Positions 12,241 through 22,020 of a DNA stretch of 64,000 nucleotides are shown piece by piece. Origin of the DNA: Macrostomum lignano (taxonomy: Eukaryota); assembly GCA_002269645.1 (NCBI GenBank), contig NIVC01001238.1, forward strand, positions 248,001-312,000. Direction: 5' to 3'. Positions within the stretch are counted from its first letter, which is position 1. The number at the start of each line of letters is the position of its first letter. The position numbers and the translations under genes were made by a program. The notes beneath the pieces are model-generated. The model was not told the origin of the DNA. It searched no databases and was given only the letters and a program-made list of their open reading frames with translations.

Positions 12241-12809
12241 ATTTTTTAAGATTTCAAGGATACATGTAGCTTATTAAAAAAACGTGTATTGCATTTCTTT
12301 GGCTCCCCAACGGGGGGCGTAGATTGCTAGTCCTATATACTAAAAATGAGTTGTCTGTATGTGGGTAGGTATGCGATAGATTTCGGAAAAAATGGCTCAA
12401 CCGATTTTCTTCAAACTTGCACCATTCGATCAGAAAATTTCCTGGGACGGTACATGCATCTTGGCTAAGAAATTGCTCAATTTTAAAGGGATTAAATATT
12501 CGAAAAACATGCTTTTTTGCAAAGGTCAAGCAAAATTTTCGACTTGAAATGCATTGTAAGAATGCTAGAGAAAAAACTGACTGGATGAATTTCAATTGTG
12601 ATAAAGATTGCATCACAACAAGGTGAAAACAGTGCCACAGAAACGCACACAAGACTTGATTAAAATTGCGTAACAATATTGCTAACTTAAATTAAGACTG
12701 ATACTGGCTGACTGAGAAATTCATTATGTCATAAAATTTTACTCTAACCGACTTGCTGTAAGAATTGAATTATAAGGGCCACAATTCATGTGCTCCAATT
12801 GAAAAAAGA

Positions 12810-12862
12810 TAGCCTAGATGCGAACAGACTGGACTGCTAATGTAGCGACCTGGGTTCGAATC
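12810..12862 (+). promoter_or_regulatory. tRNA-like Pol III A/B-box module inside H2
   Basis: TAGCCTAGATG 12810-12820, GGACTGCTAAT anticodon-loop-like segment, GGTTCGAATC 12853-12862, T7 run near 12880. Confidence 0.55.
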
Positions 12863-12914
12863 TTGGTAGCGCAAAATGATTTTTTTATTAAAACACCTTA
12901 AAAACAAAAAACTG

Positions 12915-15830
12915 CTAAACATAAAAGAAGCGCAATGTCAAACATACAAGAGCCACCATGTCAAACATAAAACAGACACCATGTCGAACATTAAAGAGCC
13001 ACCATGTCAAACATAAAAGAACCACCATATCAAACATTAAAGAGCCACAATTTCAAAAATTAAAGAGCCACCATGTCGAAGATTAAAGTGCTACCATGTC
13101 AAACATAGAAAGCCACCATGTCAAACATTAAAGAGCCACAATGTCAAACACAAAAGAGCCACCATTTCAAACCTTAAAAAGCCACCATGTCGAACATTAA
13201 AGAGCCACCATGTCGAACATAAAAGAGCCACCATGTCGAACATAAAAGAGCCACCATATCAAACATAAAAGAACTACCATGTCAAACATTAAAGAGCCAC
13301 CATGTCGAACATTAAAGAGCCAACATGTCAAACATAAAACAGACACAAATAAAAACATTAAAGAGCCACCATGTCGAACATTAAAGAGCCACCATGTCAA
13401 ACATTAAAGAGCCACCATGTCAAACATAAAACAGAGCCACCATTTCGAAAAGTAAAGAGCCACCATGTCAAACATTAAAGAGCCACCATGTCGAACATAA
13501 AAGGGCCACCATGTCAAATATTAAAGAGCCACCATGTCAAACATTAAAGAGCCACCATGCCAAACATTAAAGAGCCACCATGCCAAACAAAAAAGAGCCA
13601 CCATGTCGAACATAAAAGAGCCACCATGTCAACCATAAAAGAACCACCACGTCAAGCATATACATTACTCCATGTCAAACATAAAAGAGCCACCATGTCA
13701 AACATTAAAGAGCCACCATGCCAAACATTAAAGAGCCACCATGTCAAACATTAAAGAGCCAGCATGTCAAACATAAAAGAGCCACCATGTCGAACATTAT
13801 TGAGCCACCATGTCAGACATTAAAGAGCCACCATGCCAAACATAAAAGAGCCACCATATCAAACATAAAAAAGCCACCATGTCAACCATAAAAGAACCAC
13901 CACGTCAAGCATATACATTACTCCATGTCAAACATTAAAGAGCCACCATGTCAAATATTAAAGAGCCACCATGTTAAACATAAAAGAGCCACCATGTCAA
14001 ACATTAGAGCCACCATGTTGAACATTAAAGAGCCACCATGTCAAACATAAAAGAGCCACCATGTCGAACATTAAAGAGCCACCATATCAAACATAGAAGA
14101 GCCACCATGTCAAGCATATATGACTCCATGTCCAACATTAAAGAGCCACCATGTGGAACATTAAGGAGCCACCATGTCAAAAATTAAAGAGCCCCCCATA
14201 TCGAACATAGAAGAGCCACCATGTGGAACATTAAAGAGCCACCATGTCAAACATTAAAGAGCCTACATATCAAACATTAAAAAGTTACCATGTCAAACAT
14301 TAAAGAGCCACCATGTTGAACATTATTGAGCCACCATGTCAGACATTAAAGAGCCACCATGCCAAACATAAAAGAGCCACCATATCAAACATAAAAGAAC
14401 TACCATGTCAAACATTAAAGAGCCACCATGTCGAACATTATTGAGCCACCATGTCGAACATCAAAGAGCCACCATGCCAAACATAAAAGAGCCGCCATGT
14501 CAAACATAAAAAAGCCACCATGTCAACCATAAAAGAACCACCACGTCAAGCATATACATTACTCCATGTCAAACATTAAAGATCCACCATGCCAAACATA
14601 AAAGAACCGCCATGTCAAACATAAAAAAGCCACCATGTCAACCATAAAAGAACCACCACGTCAAGCATATACATTACTCCATGTCAAACATTAAAGATCC
14701 ACCATGCCAAACATTAAAGAGCCACCATGTCAAACATAAAAGAGCCACCATGTTAAACATAAAAGAGCCACCATGTCAAACATTAGAGCCACCATGTTGA
14801 ACATAAAAGAGCCACCATGCCAAACATTAAAGAGCCACCATGTCAAACATTAAAGAGCCACCATGTCAAACATAAAAGAGCCACCATGTCAAACATTAAA
14901 GAGCCACCATGTCAAATATTAGAGCCACCATGTTGAACATTAAAGAGCCACCATGTCAAACATAAAAGAGCCACCATGTCGAACATTAAAGAGCCACCAT
15001 ATCAAACATAGAAGAGCCACCATGTCAAGCATATATGACTCCATGTGCAACATTAAAGAGCCACCATGTGGAACATTAAGGAGCCACCATGTCAAAAATT
15101 AAAGAGCCCCCCATATCAAACATAGAAGAGCCACCATGTGGAACATTAAAGAGCCACCATGTCAAACATTAAAGAGCCTACATATCAAACATTAAAAAGT
15201 TACCATGTCAAACATAAAAGAGCCACCATGTCAAACATTAAAGAGCCACCATGCCAAACATTAAAGAGCCACCATGTCAAATATTAAAGAGCCACCATGT
15301 CAAACATAAAAGAACCACCATGTAAAGCATATATGTGACTCCATGTCTAACATTAAAGAGCCACCATGTAGAACATTAAAGAGCCACCATGTCAAACATA
15401 TAAGAGACTTTATTTCAAACATAAAAGAGCCACCATGTTGAACATTAAAGAGCTACCATGTCAAACATTAAAGAGCCACCATATCAAACATTAAAGTTCC
15501 ATCGTGTCGAACATTAAAGAGCCACCATGTCGAACATATAAGAGACTTTATTTCAAACATAAAAGAGCCAACCATTTCGAACATGAAAGAACCACCATGT
15601 CGAACATAAAAGAGCCACCATTTCTAATATAAAAGAGCCACCATGTCGAACATAAAGGAGCCACTATGTCGAACATAAAAGAGCCACCATGTTGAAACTT
15701 AAAGAGCCAACCTGTAAAACATTTAAAAGATTCACCATGTCAAACATATAAGTGACTTCATTTCAAACATAAAAGAGCCACCATGTCAAACATAAAAGAT
15801 ACACAATTTCAAACGTAAAAGTGAGCGAAT
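12915..15830. repeat. 23-bp satellite array in H2 (consensus CAAACATTAAAGAGCCACCATGT), roughly 125 units
   Basis: Direct reading of tandem units. Confidence 0.97.
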
Positions 15831-15884
15831 TTTAAAGGAGCCACTATAATGCTAAGGAAATTGTCGCACTAGCTACTTATTGTC

Positions 15885-16047
15885 TGGTGGATGCTTGCTA
15901 TTTGGGGATGCTATCTATCTGGGGGATGCTTGCTAGCTTGTATCTTGGGGATGCTTGCTATCTGGGGGATGCTTGCTATCTGGGGGATGCTTGCTATCTG
16001 GGGATGCTTGCTATTTGGGTGATGCTTGCTATCTGGGGGATGCTTGC
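15885..16047. repeat. 18-bp minisatellite GGGGGATGCTTGCTATCT, left part
   Basis: Tandem units interrupted by the LINE; the array resumes at 21820. Confidence 0.92.
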
Positions 16048-16345
16048 GCACGCGAAGGTGTATTCAGCACGCCAGTGAAGTATGAGACAGACCAGGCCTA
16101 AGGGCTACGGACTACGGTCTGCGATGCTTCACGCCTGCCCCTATATTCAGCAGGTCAAGGCTGGAGAGGGAGGTCTGCACCCGCTATTTGCCACTGGCAG
16201 CCGCAGACCCCCCCCCCCTCACGCTGTTTCACAAGTCGACCCAGGGTACTCGTCCCCGCGTGTGTTCAAGGCAGACCCTAGGGCTGCTGGACAGACTGGG
16301 CTCCGACGCTGGCGACCCATCCAGTGGCTTCGGCCGAATTTGGGT
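16048..16345 (+). ncRNA. HDV-like self-cleaving ribozyme (nested double pseudoknot) at the retrotransposon 5' end
   Basis: P1 GCACGCG 16048-54 / CGCGTGT 16257-63 with G1-U wobble; P2 ACCCA 16239-43 / TGGGT 16341-45; P3 GGG 16244-46 / CCC 16254-56; L3 UACUCGU; P1.1 A16248-U16265 and C16249-G16264; J4/2 CGAA from C16335. Confidence 0.82.
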
Positions 16346-16526
16346 ATGCGGGTCTGGCTTGCCAGCCTGCAGGCCGTGGTACTGCTTAACGTACCCCTAA
16401 TGCCTAAGGTGTTTGACCGTGCCGATGGGCTGGAAGGCCGGGGGTTGTCCGGTCGCTAGCGGTCCTTTTCTTTTTCTTCTTTCCTCTTTCTTTTGTGACT
16501 CAGCTCACTCCTTCCCGCTTTCAGCT

Positions 16527-17993
16527 ATGGCGTCATCCGCCTCTTTAACCCCCGCTGAAGCCGGGGCCCCGGCAACTCCGGCCGGTGACTCTGGCACCAG
16601 CGCCGCCCCACCGGGGGCAGATGGGCTTGCCGCCGGCTCGGCTGGTGACATGCCCGCACGCGCAACCGGGCCCTCCGCTGAAGCCCGACGCACCCGCAAC
16701 CAACGCCGCAACGAGCGGCGACGGCGACTACGGGGTACTGCGGGCCGGCCACCGGCGGAAGGGGAACCTAGGGAGGGCGAGGCTGCTGTTGGGCCGAAAG
16801 GAACCACAGCAACCCCTGCCCCCCAGGATACAACCCCCGCTGGTGAGCCACCCAGTATACCTGCTACAAGCGCGGCCGGGCCTTCGGGAACCGCCGCCAC
16901 CAACTACGCCTCAAAGGTCAAGCTCCAACCGGCGGTCATCGTCTTCGGGGAAGAGCAGGACCTCACGGCCGACGAGCTCGACAGTGCCTGGCGCACCATC
17001 GATGCTGCGCTCATCGACCAGCTCCTGGCGGGCCGCCCTGTGAGCGTGGTCAAGTCTGCCAAGACCGACGGCTGCATCTTCATCTGGTGCAGCTCGGAGG
17101 AGAGCAGCCGCAATCTACGCGAGCTTCTGCCAAAGCTGAACTGGCCCAAGAAGCTCGGCAAGCTCGTCTTCGCCAGCGAGGGCGAACGACAGAAGACCCA
17201 GCGCTTTCGCGTCTGGATCCCGGCCGGCAGTGCCATTAAGTCCGGAGATCAGCTTAGGCAAATATTGCTAAAGCTGCACCCCGACCTTAAGGTCAACGGG
17301 CTCCTACACCACGCCACTTCCCGCAAGGAGAAGGGGGCTACGGTGATCCTAGGGCTCTCTGATGACTGGGCTAAGCGCTTGCCGCCTAAGTCCACAATTC
17401 ATATTGGTCTGACTCAGCTGACCATCCTCCGTTGCGAGGAGCGGAAAGCTGATGAAGCCAAGAATGCCAAAGCTTCCGAAACCGGAACTGGGGCCCAGGC
17501 TCCTCCGGCAAAGAAGCCGAGGCAAACGGCCGATCCTATGCCCGGTAAGGCAGTTCGCGCTGCTGAAACCGGAAATCGCAATCGCAGACCCGCCAGGAGC
17601 ACCCGGAGGTCCGGCCTGATCCAGCGCGCGCTGGACCAGGCCAAGAACCTTCGTGCGCATCGTGAGCGGGCCCGCGCTTCTCGCGCTCCACCCCAACAGC
17701 CAGAAGGCCAGACTCTAAGCGGGGAGGCTCCGACCGACTGGTTCGAGTCTGTGACTCACCAGGAGGCTGGCGCCACCCGCATCGACCTGACCGACGAGGC
17801 AGAGGGGACGGGCAGTGACAGCACCGAAGCACGCAGGAGAGGCGACGGTAACGTCCACGCTGGGCTCACGTCCGCGGAGGACTCCACAGCCACCCTAACT
17901 GCTGAGGACGCTGAAACTCCCATGGAGGTCTGCGGGTCACCCACCACTGAAAAGGAGGAGGATGACCTGCTCAACGATTCCCCAACTGCGTGA
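16527..17993 (+). CDS. Retrotransposon ORF1 (gag-like nucleic-acid chaperone)
   Basis: Open frame with ATG at 16527 (alternative ATG 16425). Ala/Pro/Arg-rich N-terminus, central globular region (FRVWIP...LHPDL), acidic C-terminus. No CCHC knuckle seen. Lies directly upstream of the pol ORF. Confidence 0.85.
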   Translation: MASSASLTPAEAGAPATPAGDSGTSAAPPGADGLAAGSAGDMPARATGPSAEARRTRNQRRNERRRRLRGTAGRPPAEGEPREGEAAVGPKGTTATPAPQDTTPAGEPPSIPATSAAGPSGTAATNYASKVKLQPAVIVFGEEQDLTADELDSAWRTIDAALIDQLLAGRPVSVVKSAKTDGCIFIWCSSEESSRNLRELLPKLNWPKKLGKLVFASEGERQKTQRFRVWIPAGSAIKSGDQLRQILLKLHPDLKVNGLLHHATSRKEKGATVILGLSDDWAKRLPPKSTIHIGLTQLTILRCEERKADEAKNAKASETGTGAQAPPAKKPRQTADPMPGKAVRAAETGNRNRRPARSTRRSGLIQRALDQAKNLRAHRERARASRAPPQQPEGQTLSGEAPTDWFESVTHQEAGATRIDLTDEAEGTGSDSTEARRRGDGNVHAGLTSAEDSTATLTAEDAETPMEVCGSPTTEKEEDDLLNDSPTA

Positions 17994-17995
17994 TA

Positions 17996-20900
17996 ATGAT
18001 CAGCAACCAGGGAATCCATTGCCTGCAGATTAATCTGCAGCACTGCGTCGCAGCCTCGGTCAACCTTATGCGTTACGCCGAGCTCGACAAGCCGGGGCTC
18101 ATCCTCGTCCAGGAACCCTGGACTCTCAGAGGTAAGCCTCAAAACGCCCCTGCTGGCTACAATTGTTTTTATACTTACCCTCGCGAGGCCAACCAGCCTC
18201 CCAGAGCTTGCATCTTTGCGAGCAAAACGCTCAGTGCGTGGCTCAGATCGGACCTGTCCAACAGGGACATCTGCGTCATCCAATCCGAGGACCTTCTTCC
18301 TGGGAAGACCACCCTCATTGCCTCGGTTTACCTACCAGGCGATGCTGCGGTCGTCCCCAGAGCCCTCGCTACGCTGGTAGAGCTCTGCTCTGCCAAAAAC
18401 TACGAGCTCATGGTTGCCGGCGACATCAACGCCCACCACACTCACTGGGGCAGCACTGGCATTAATCAGAGAGGCGAAGACCTCCTAGCCTACGTTGCCT
18501 CTACGACCCTCGAGTTCTGCAACTCTGGGTCCACCCCTACCTTTGACAACGGACGGTGGTCGGAGGTGATCGACGCTACGCTCGCAACGCCCAGACTCTA
18601 CCAGAGTATTGGGGCGTGGCGGGTGCTTCCAGTGTCCTCACTATCGGATCACAAGTTCATCTCCTTCAACCTAATGGCCGCGCGTAGCGCAACTCGTGTT
18701 ATGTGGAGACGGAACGCCAGAAATACTGATTGGGAAACCTTCGGGCTCGCCCTGAAGGAATTCCATCGGTCTCCTGGCCAACCATTCACGATCACGTCGT
18801 GCCGAGAGGCGGATGAGTGCGCGACTGTTTTGACAGAGACGCTAACCGCCGCCTTTGAGGCGTCCTGCCCTTTAAAAGCCTATAAAGGGAAAAAATCGGC
18901 GCCGTGGTGGAATCCCGAGCTCGGCAACCTCCGTCGCAGGGCTAAGAGACTCCACCGCAGAGCAACTAAAACTAAGAGCCCTGCAGACCAAACCGCCTAT
19001 CATGAAGCAATTCATGAGTTTAAAAGGCAGGTTAGGAATGCAAAGGCTCAAAAATGGCGACAATACTGTGAGGAGCTAGAGGGCTCACGCCCCACCTCCA
19101 GAGTTGTGAAAGCGCTCACGCTGGACAAAATGTCTAAGCTCTCCTCGGTCAAACGCACCGACGGTACGTCCACGGACAACCCAGGGGAAACGCTTGATGT
19201 AATGCTCACTGCGTTTTTCCCTAACGAGCCAGCTAACCAGACCACTCCGGATCACTCGGAGGGAGGTCACGCGCTGGCTGCATCTATCATCACGGAGGAC
19301 CGCATTGTGAGAGCGGCAAATTCCTTCAAGCCTTTCAAAGCCCCAGGACCCGACGGCATTGTACCGGCCCTTCTAAGAGAGGCGGTTAAATGCCCAGGCT
19401 TCCTGCGCAAACTTTGCAGCCTTCTTCGGGCATGCATCACGCTTGGTTATGTCCCGCAGGCATGGACCGAGGCAAAGGTGATCTTTATCCCTAAGCCAGG
19501 CCGCCCGGACTACCATTCTATCAAATCCTTCAGACCGATCAGCTTGACCTCCTCCCTGGTCAAGCTGATGGAGAGACTGGTGCTTTGGCGCCTTCTCTCT
19601 GTTGAGCTGAAGAACAAACCTCTCAGCGAGAACCAGCACGCTTTTCGGGCGGGTCGCTCCACTGAAAGCGCGCTGCACGTCCTGGTCGATAAACTCGAGA
19701 AGGCCGTGCTTGGTAGTGGCTTTGCTCTGGGGATCTTCCTGGACATCATTGGCGCCTTCGATAACGTCCTCTTTGAGGCGTTCCGAAGAGCTCTTTGTGA
19801 GAGGCTAACGCACTCACATCTCACCAGATGGATCATGTACATGATCAGCCATCGCACGGCCACCGCCAGTCTGCTGGGCTACCAGAGGACGGTCCCCGTC
19901 TGCAAAGGTAGCCCGCAAGGTGGGGTGCTGTCTCCAGTTCTCTGGAATATGGTCATCGATGAGCTCCTCCGGGATGTTCGGCCTGACCCCATTCTGAAAG
20001 TTGGATATGCGGACGATGTCACCGCGGTGGCATCTGGTCCGTCCCCTGATACCCTCAGGGACCTTCTTCAGAACTTCATCTACGCTGCTGAGCAATGGGC
20101 GGACCGCTGTGGTTTAAGGCTCTCTGAGACTAAGACCGCAGCGATCATGTTCACCAGCAGGACCAAGTGGCAGATTCGGCCGCTCACGCTTTACGGAAGG
20201 GAAATCCCCTTCTGCAAGCAGACTAAATGTCTGGGTATTACCCTGGACCACAGGCTGAACTGGTCTCCCCACGTTCAAACAAAAGCCAAAAAGGCCTTCG
20301 CAGTCCTCGCGCAATTGCGCAGGGCCGTCGGCACCACCTGGGGGCTCACCCCCAAGCGCCTCTGGTGGATCTACACTGCAATGGTTAGGCCCGCTATCTC
20401 GTATGGCGGCCTGATCTGGGCTAGCGCCCTGCAGATAAAGACCTGTCTAGAGGCTCTCAGGAGAGCGCAAGGGCGCGCTTGTCGCACGATCATGAGCGCC
20501 CCTCCGTCTGCTCCTTACGATGGCCTCAACGCCTTCCTCAACATTCCTCCGCTGGACATCTTTGTCCGCAGGGAAGCGGCTAAGACTGCCCGCCGTCTAG
20601 CTGACGCTGGCATTCGAATCCAGCCCCATAGGGCCATGGCTAAGCGCAAGCTTCTGCCCCACGCTGACCTCTGCCTCAAGGACTTGAGAGACAGCGGCGG
20701 GCTCCACGTCCTATCTGACGGCGAACCCCGCACTCTCAACCTCTTTCAGCGCTACAAGGTCACCATCCCCTCTAGGGATGCTGCCAATGACCACTGGAAT
20801 TTCCAGGAGGTCCATTGCTACACGGACGGATCCATCAAAGACGGTCGCGCCGGCTTTGGGGTCTGCATCATCATCAACGGCCGCGTAATTGCCACGCATG

Positions 20901-21700
20901 CCCAGCACACTGGTAGACTCTCCACAGTCTTCCAGAACGAAGTCCTTGCCATCAGCTCTTGCGCTGCAGAGCTAAACGCCAAGGTTACGAGAGGAAAGAC
21001 TATTGTCATCCACTCCGACAGCCAAGCGGCCTTACAGGCCCTTTGCCACACCACAACGAACTCCCGGACAGTCGCCGACTGCGCCCGGCAGCTCAACCTC
21101 CTGGCCAGAAGCAATACTGTCAGGCTGAAGTGGATCCCAGGGCACGCAGGGTTTCCGGGGAACGAGCTGGCAGACACCCTCGCCAAGAGGGGCGGCTCTG
21201 GCTCTTTTTTCGGCCCTGCCCCCCTGGTCCCTATGCCCTTGACAGTCATCAATCGTCAGATCGACGACTGGGCTGACTCCCTCCACAGGGACAGATGGGC
21301 GGGCACCCAAAACTGCCGGCAATCTCGTGCCGCGGTTCCTTGCCCGTCTCACAGGCTCAGAAACATCCTTCTGAACCAGAATCGGAAGGATATTCGAGCC
21401 CTTGTCATGACCCTTACCGGCCATGGCTACCTCGCCAGGCACTGCTTCCTCCGAGGCGACCTCGAGAGCGAAATTTGCCCCTTTTGCGAGTGCGACAATG
21501 AAGATGCTCAGCACTTTGTCTGTCACTGCCCTTTCTTTAACAGAGACCGGCTACGCTACCTCGGGCCGAACCCGTCCATTGACGAGGTTTGCCAGCCCGA
21601 CAGCATCCCACGGCTCATCCAGTTCCTTCGGGCGACTAGACGAGCCAGTTTCTTCCCAACGGAAGATCACGCTGCAGGACGGACCGGCGGACCACCCTGA
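17996..21700 (+). CDS. Retrotransposon ORF2: AP endonuclease, reverse transcriptase, RNase H, C-terminal CCHC
   Basis: APE motifs QINL, VQEPW, GDINAHH, SDH; RT motifs KAPGPDG, FRPISL, QHAFR, PQGGVLSP, YADD; RNase H YTDGS, E, SDSQ, WIPGH.GN..AD; CPFC-x7-H-x4-C. No stops or frameshifts. Confidence 0.97.
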   Translation: MISNQGIHCLQINLQHCVAASVNLMRYAELDKPGLILVQEPWTLRGKPQNAPAGYNCFYTYPREANQPPRACIFASKTLSAWLRSDLSNRDICVIQSEDLLPGKTTLIASVYLPGDAAVVPRALATLVELCSAKNYELMVAGDINAHHTHWGSTGINQRGEDLLAYVASTTLEFCNSGSTPTFDNGRWSEVIDATLATPRLYQSIGAWRVLPVSSLSDHKFISFNLMAARSATRVMWRRNARNTDWETFGLALKEFHRSPGQPFTITSCREADECATVLTETLTAAFEASCPLKAYKGKKSAPWWNPELGNLRRRAKRLHRRATKTKSPADQTAYHEAIHEFKRQVRNAKAQKWRQYCEELEGSRPTSRVVKALTLDKMSKLSSVKRTDGTSTDNPGETLDVMLTAFFPNEPANQTTPDHSEGGHALAASIITEDRIVRAANSFKPFKAPGPDGIVPALLREAVKCPGFLRKLCSLLRACITLGYVPQAWTEAKVIFIPKPGRPDYHSIKSFRPISLTSSLVKLMERLVLWRLLSVELKNKPLSENQHAFRAGRSTESALHVLVDKLEKAVLGSGFALGIFLDIIGAFDNVLFEAFRRALCERLTHSHLTRWIMYMISHRTATASLLGYQRTVPVCKGSPQGGVLSPVLWNMVIDELLRDVRPDPILKVGYADDVTAVASGPSPDTLRDLLQNFIYAAEQWADRCGLRLSETKTAAIMFTSRTKWQIRPLTLYGREIPFCKQTKCLGITLDHRLNWSPHVQTKAKKAFAVLAQLRRAVGTTWGLTPKRLWWIYTAMVRPAISYGGLIWASALQIKTCLEALRRAQGRACRTIMSAPPSAPYDGLNAFLNIPPLDIFVRREAAKTARRLADAGIRIQPHRAMAKRKLLPHADLCLKDLRDSGGLHVLSDGEPRTLNLFQRYKVTIPSRDAANDHWNFQEVHCYTDGSIKDGRAGFGVCIIINGRVIATHAQHTGRLSTVFQNEVLAISSCAAELNAKVTRGKTIVIHSDSQAALQALCHTTTNSRTVADCARQLNLLARSNTVRLKWIPGHAGFPGNELADTLAKRGGSGSFFGPAPLVPMPLTVINRQIDDWADSLHRDRWAGTQNCRQSRAAVPCPSHRLRNILLNQNRKDIRALVMTLTGHGYLARHCFLRGDLESEICPFCECDNEDAQHFVCHCPFFNRDRLRYLGPNPSIDEVCQPDSIPRLIQFLRATRRASFFPTEDHAAGRTGGPP

Positions 21701-21741
21701 CCGGCCCCACGCCTCTGCCTGTCTGCGGGCCTTCAGGGGCT

Positions 21742-21771
21742 AGCGGAATGGGCGACCCTCGCCTCCCCGCT
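21742..21771 (+). other. 3' UTR stem-loop of the retrotransposon (candidate ORF2 recognition signal)
   Basis: AGCGG 21742-46 / CCGCT 21767-71 enclosing GGCGA-CCC-TCGCC, upstream of the simple-repeat tail. Confidence 0.5.
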
Positions 21772-21819
21772 GTGTCTACGGACCACCCTGCAGCTAAGTC
21801 AAGTAAGTAAGTAAGTCAA

Positions 21820-22020
21820 GGGGGATGCTTGCTATCTGGGGATGCTTGCTATTTGGGTGATGCTTGCTATCTGGGGATGCTTGCTATCTGGGGATGCTTG
21901 CTATCCGGGGGATGCTTGCAATCTGGGGGATGCTTGCTATCTGGGGGATGCTTGCTATCTGGGTGATGCTTGCTATCTGGGGGATGCTTTCTCTCTGGGT
22001 GATGCTTGCTGTCTTGGGAT
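21820..22020. repeat. 18-bp minisatellite GGGGGATGCTTGCTATCT, right part
   Basis: Same unit as 15885-16047. Confidence 0.92.

Larger units (their letters stand above)
4237..12330 (+). mobile_element. Non-autonomous Helitron, copy H1
   Basis: Host A4236 followed by a 5' TC terminus (TCCTATATACTAAAAATGAGTTG). The 3' end has a CCCC-AAC-GGGG hairpin then CTAG at 12327-12330. No TSD and no Rep/helicase ORF. The 5' ~600 bp are homologous to H2. Confidence 0.88.
16048..21819 (+). mobile_element. Full-length non-LTR retrotransposon, LOA/R1 (I-group) type with RNase H
   Basis: Two intact ORFs, a structured 5' UTR, a 3' stem-loop, a (TAAG)n-like tail at 21795-21819, and TSD GGGGGATGCTTGC at 16035-16047 and 21820-21832. 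Confidence 0.95.

Noticed and set aside
4252-12676. Short ORFs at the Helitron 5' ends as Rep/helicase
   Set aside because: No HUH or helicase motifs; different frames are open in the two copies.
12805-12875. Functional tRNA-Ser gene
   Set aside because: Acceptor and anticodon stems do not pair properly and there is no long variable arm; kept only as a Pol III box remnant.
4848-15830. 23-bp arrays as CRISPR or iteron arrays
   Set aside because: No unique spacers, no cas or rep genes, eukaryotic context.
16505-21743. Many overlapping ORFs within the LINE
   Set aside because: GC-rich shadow frames with no motifs.
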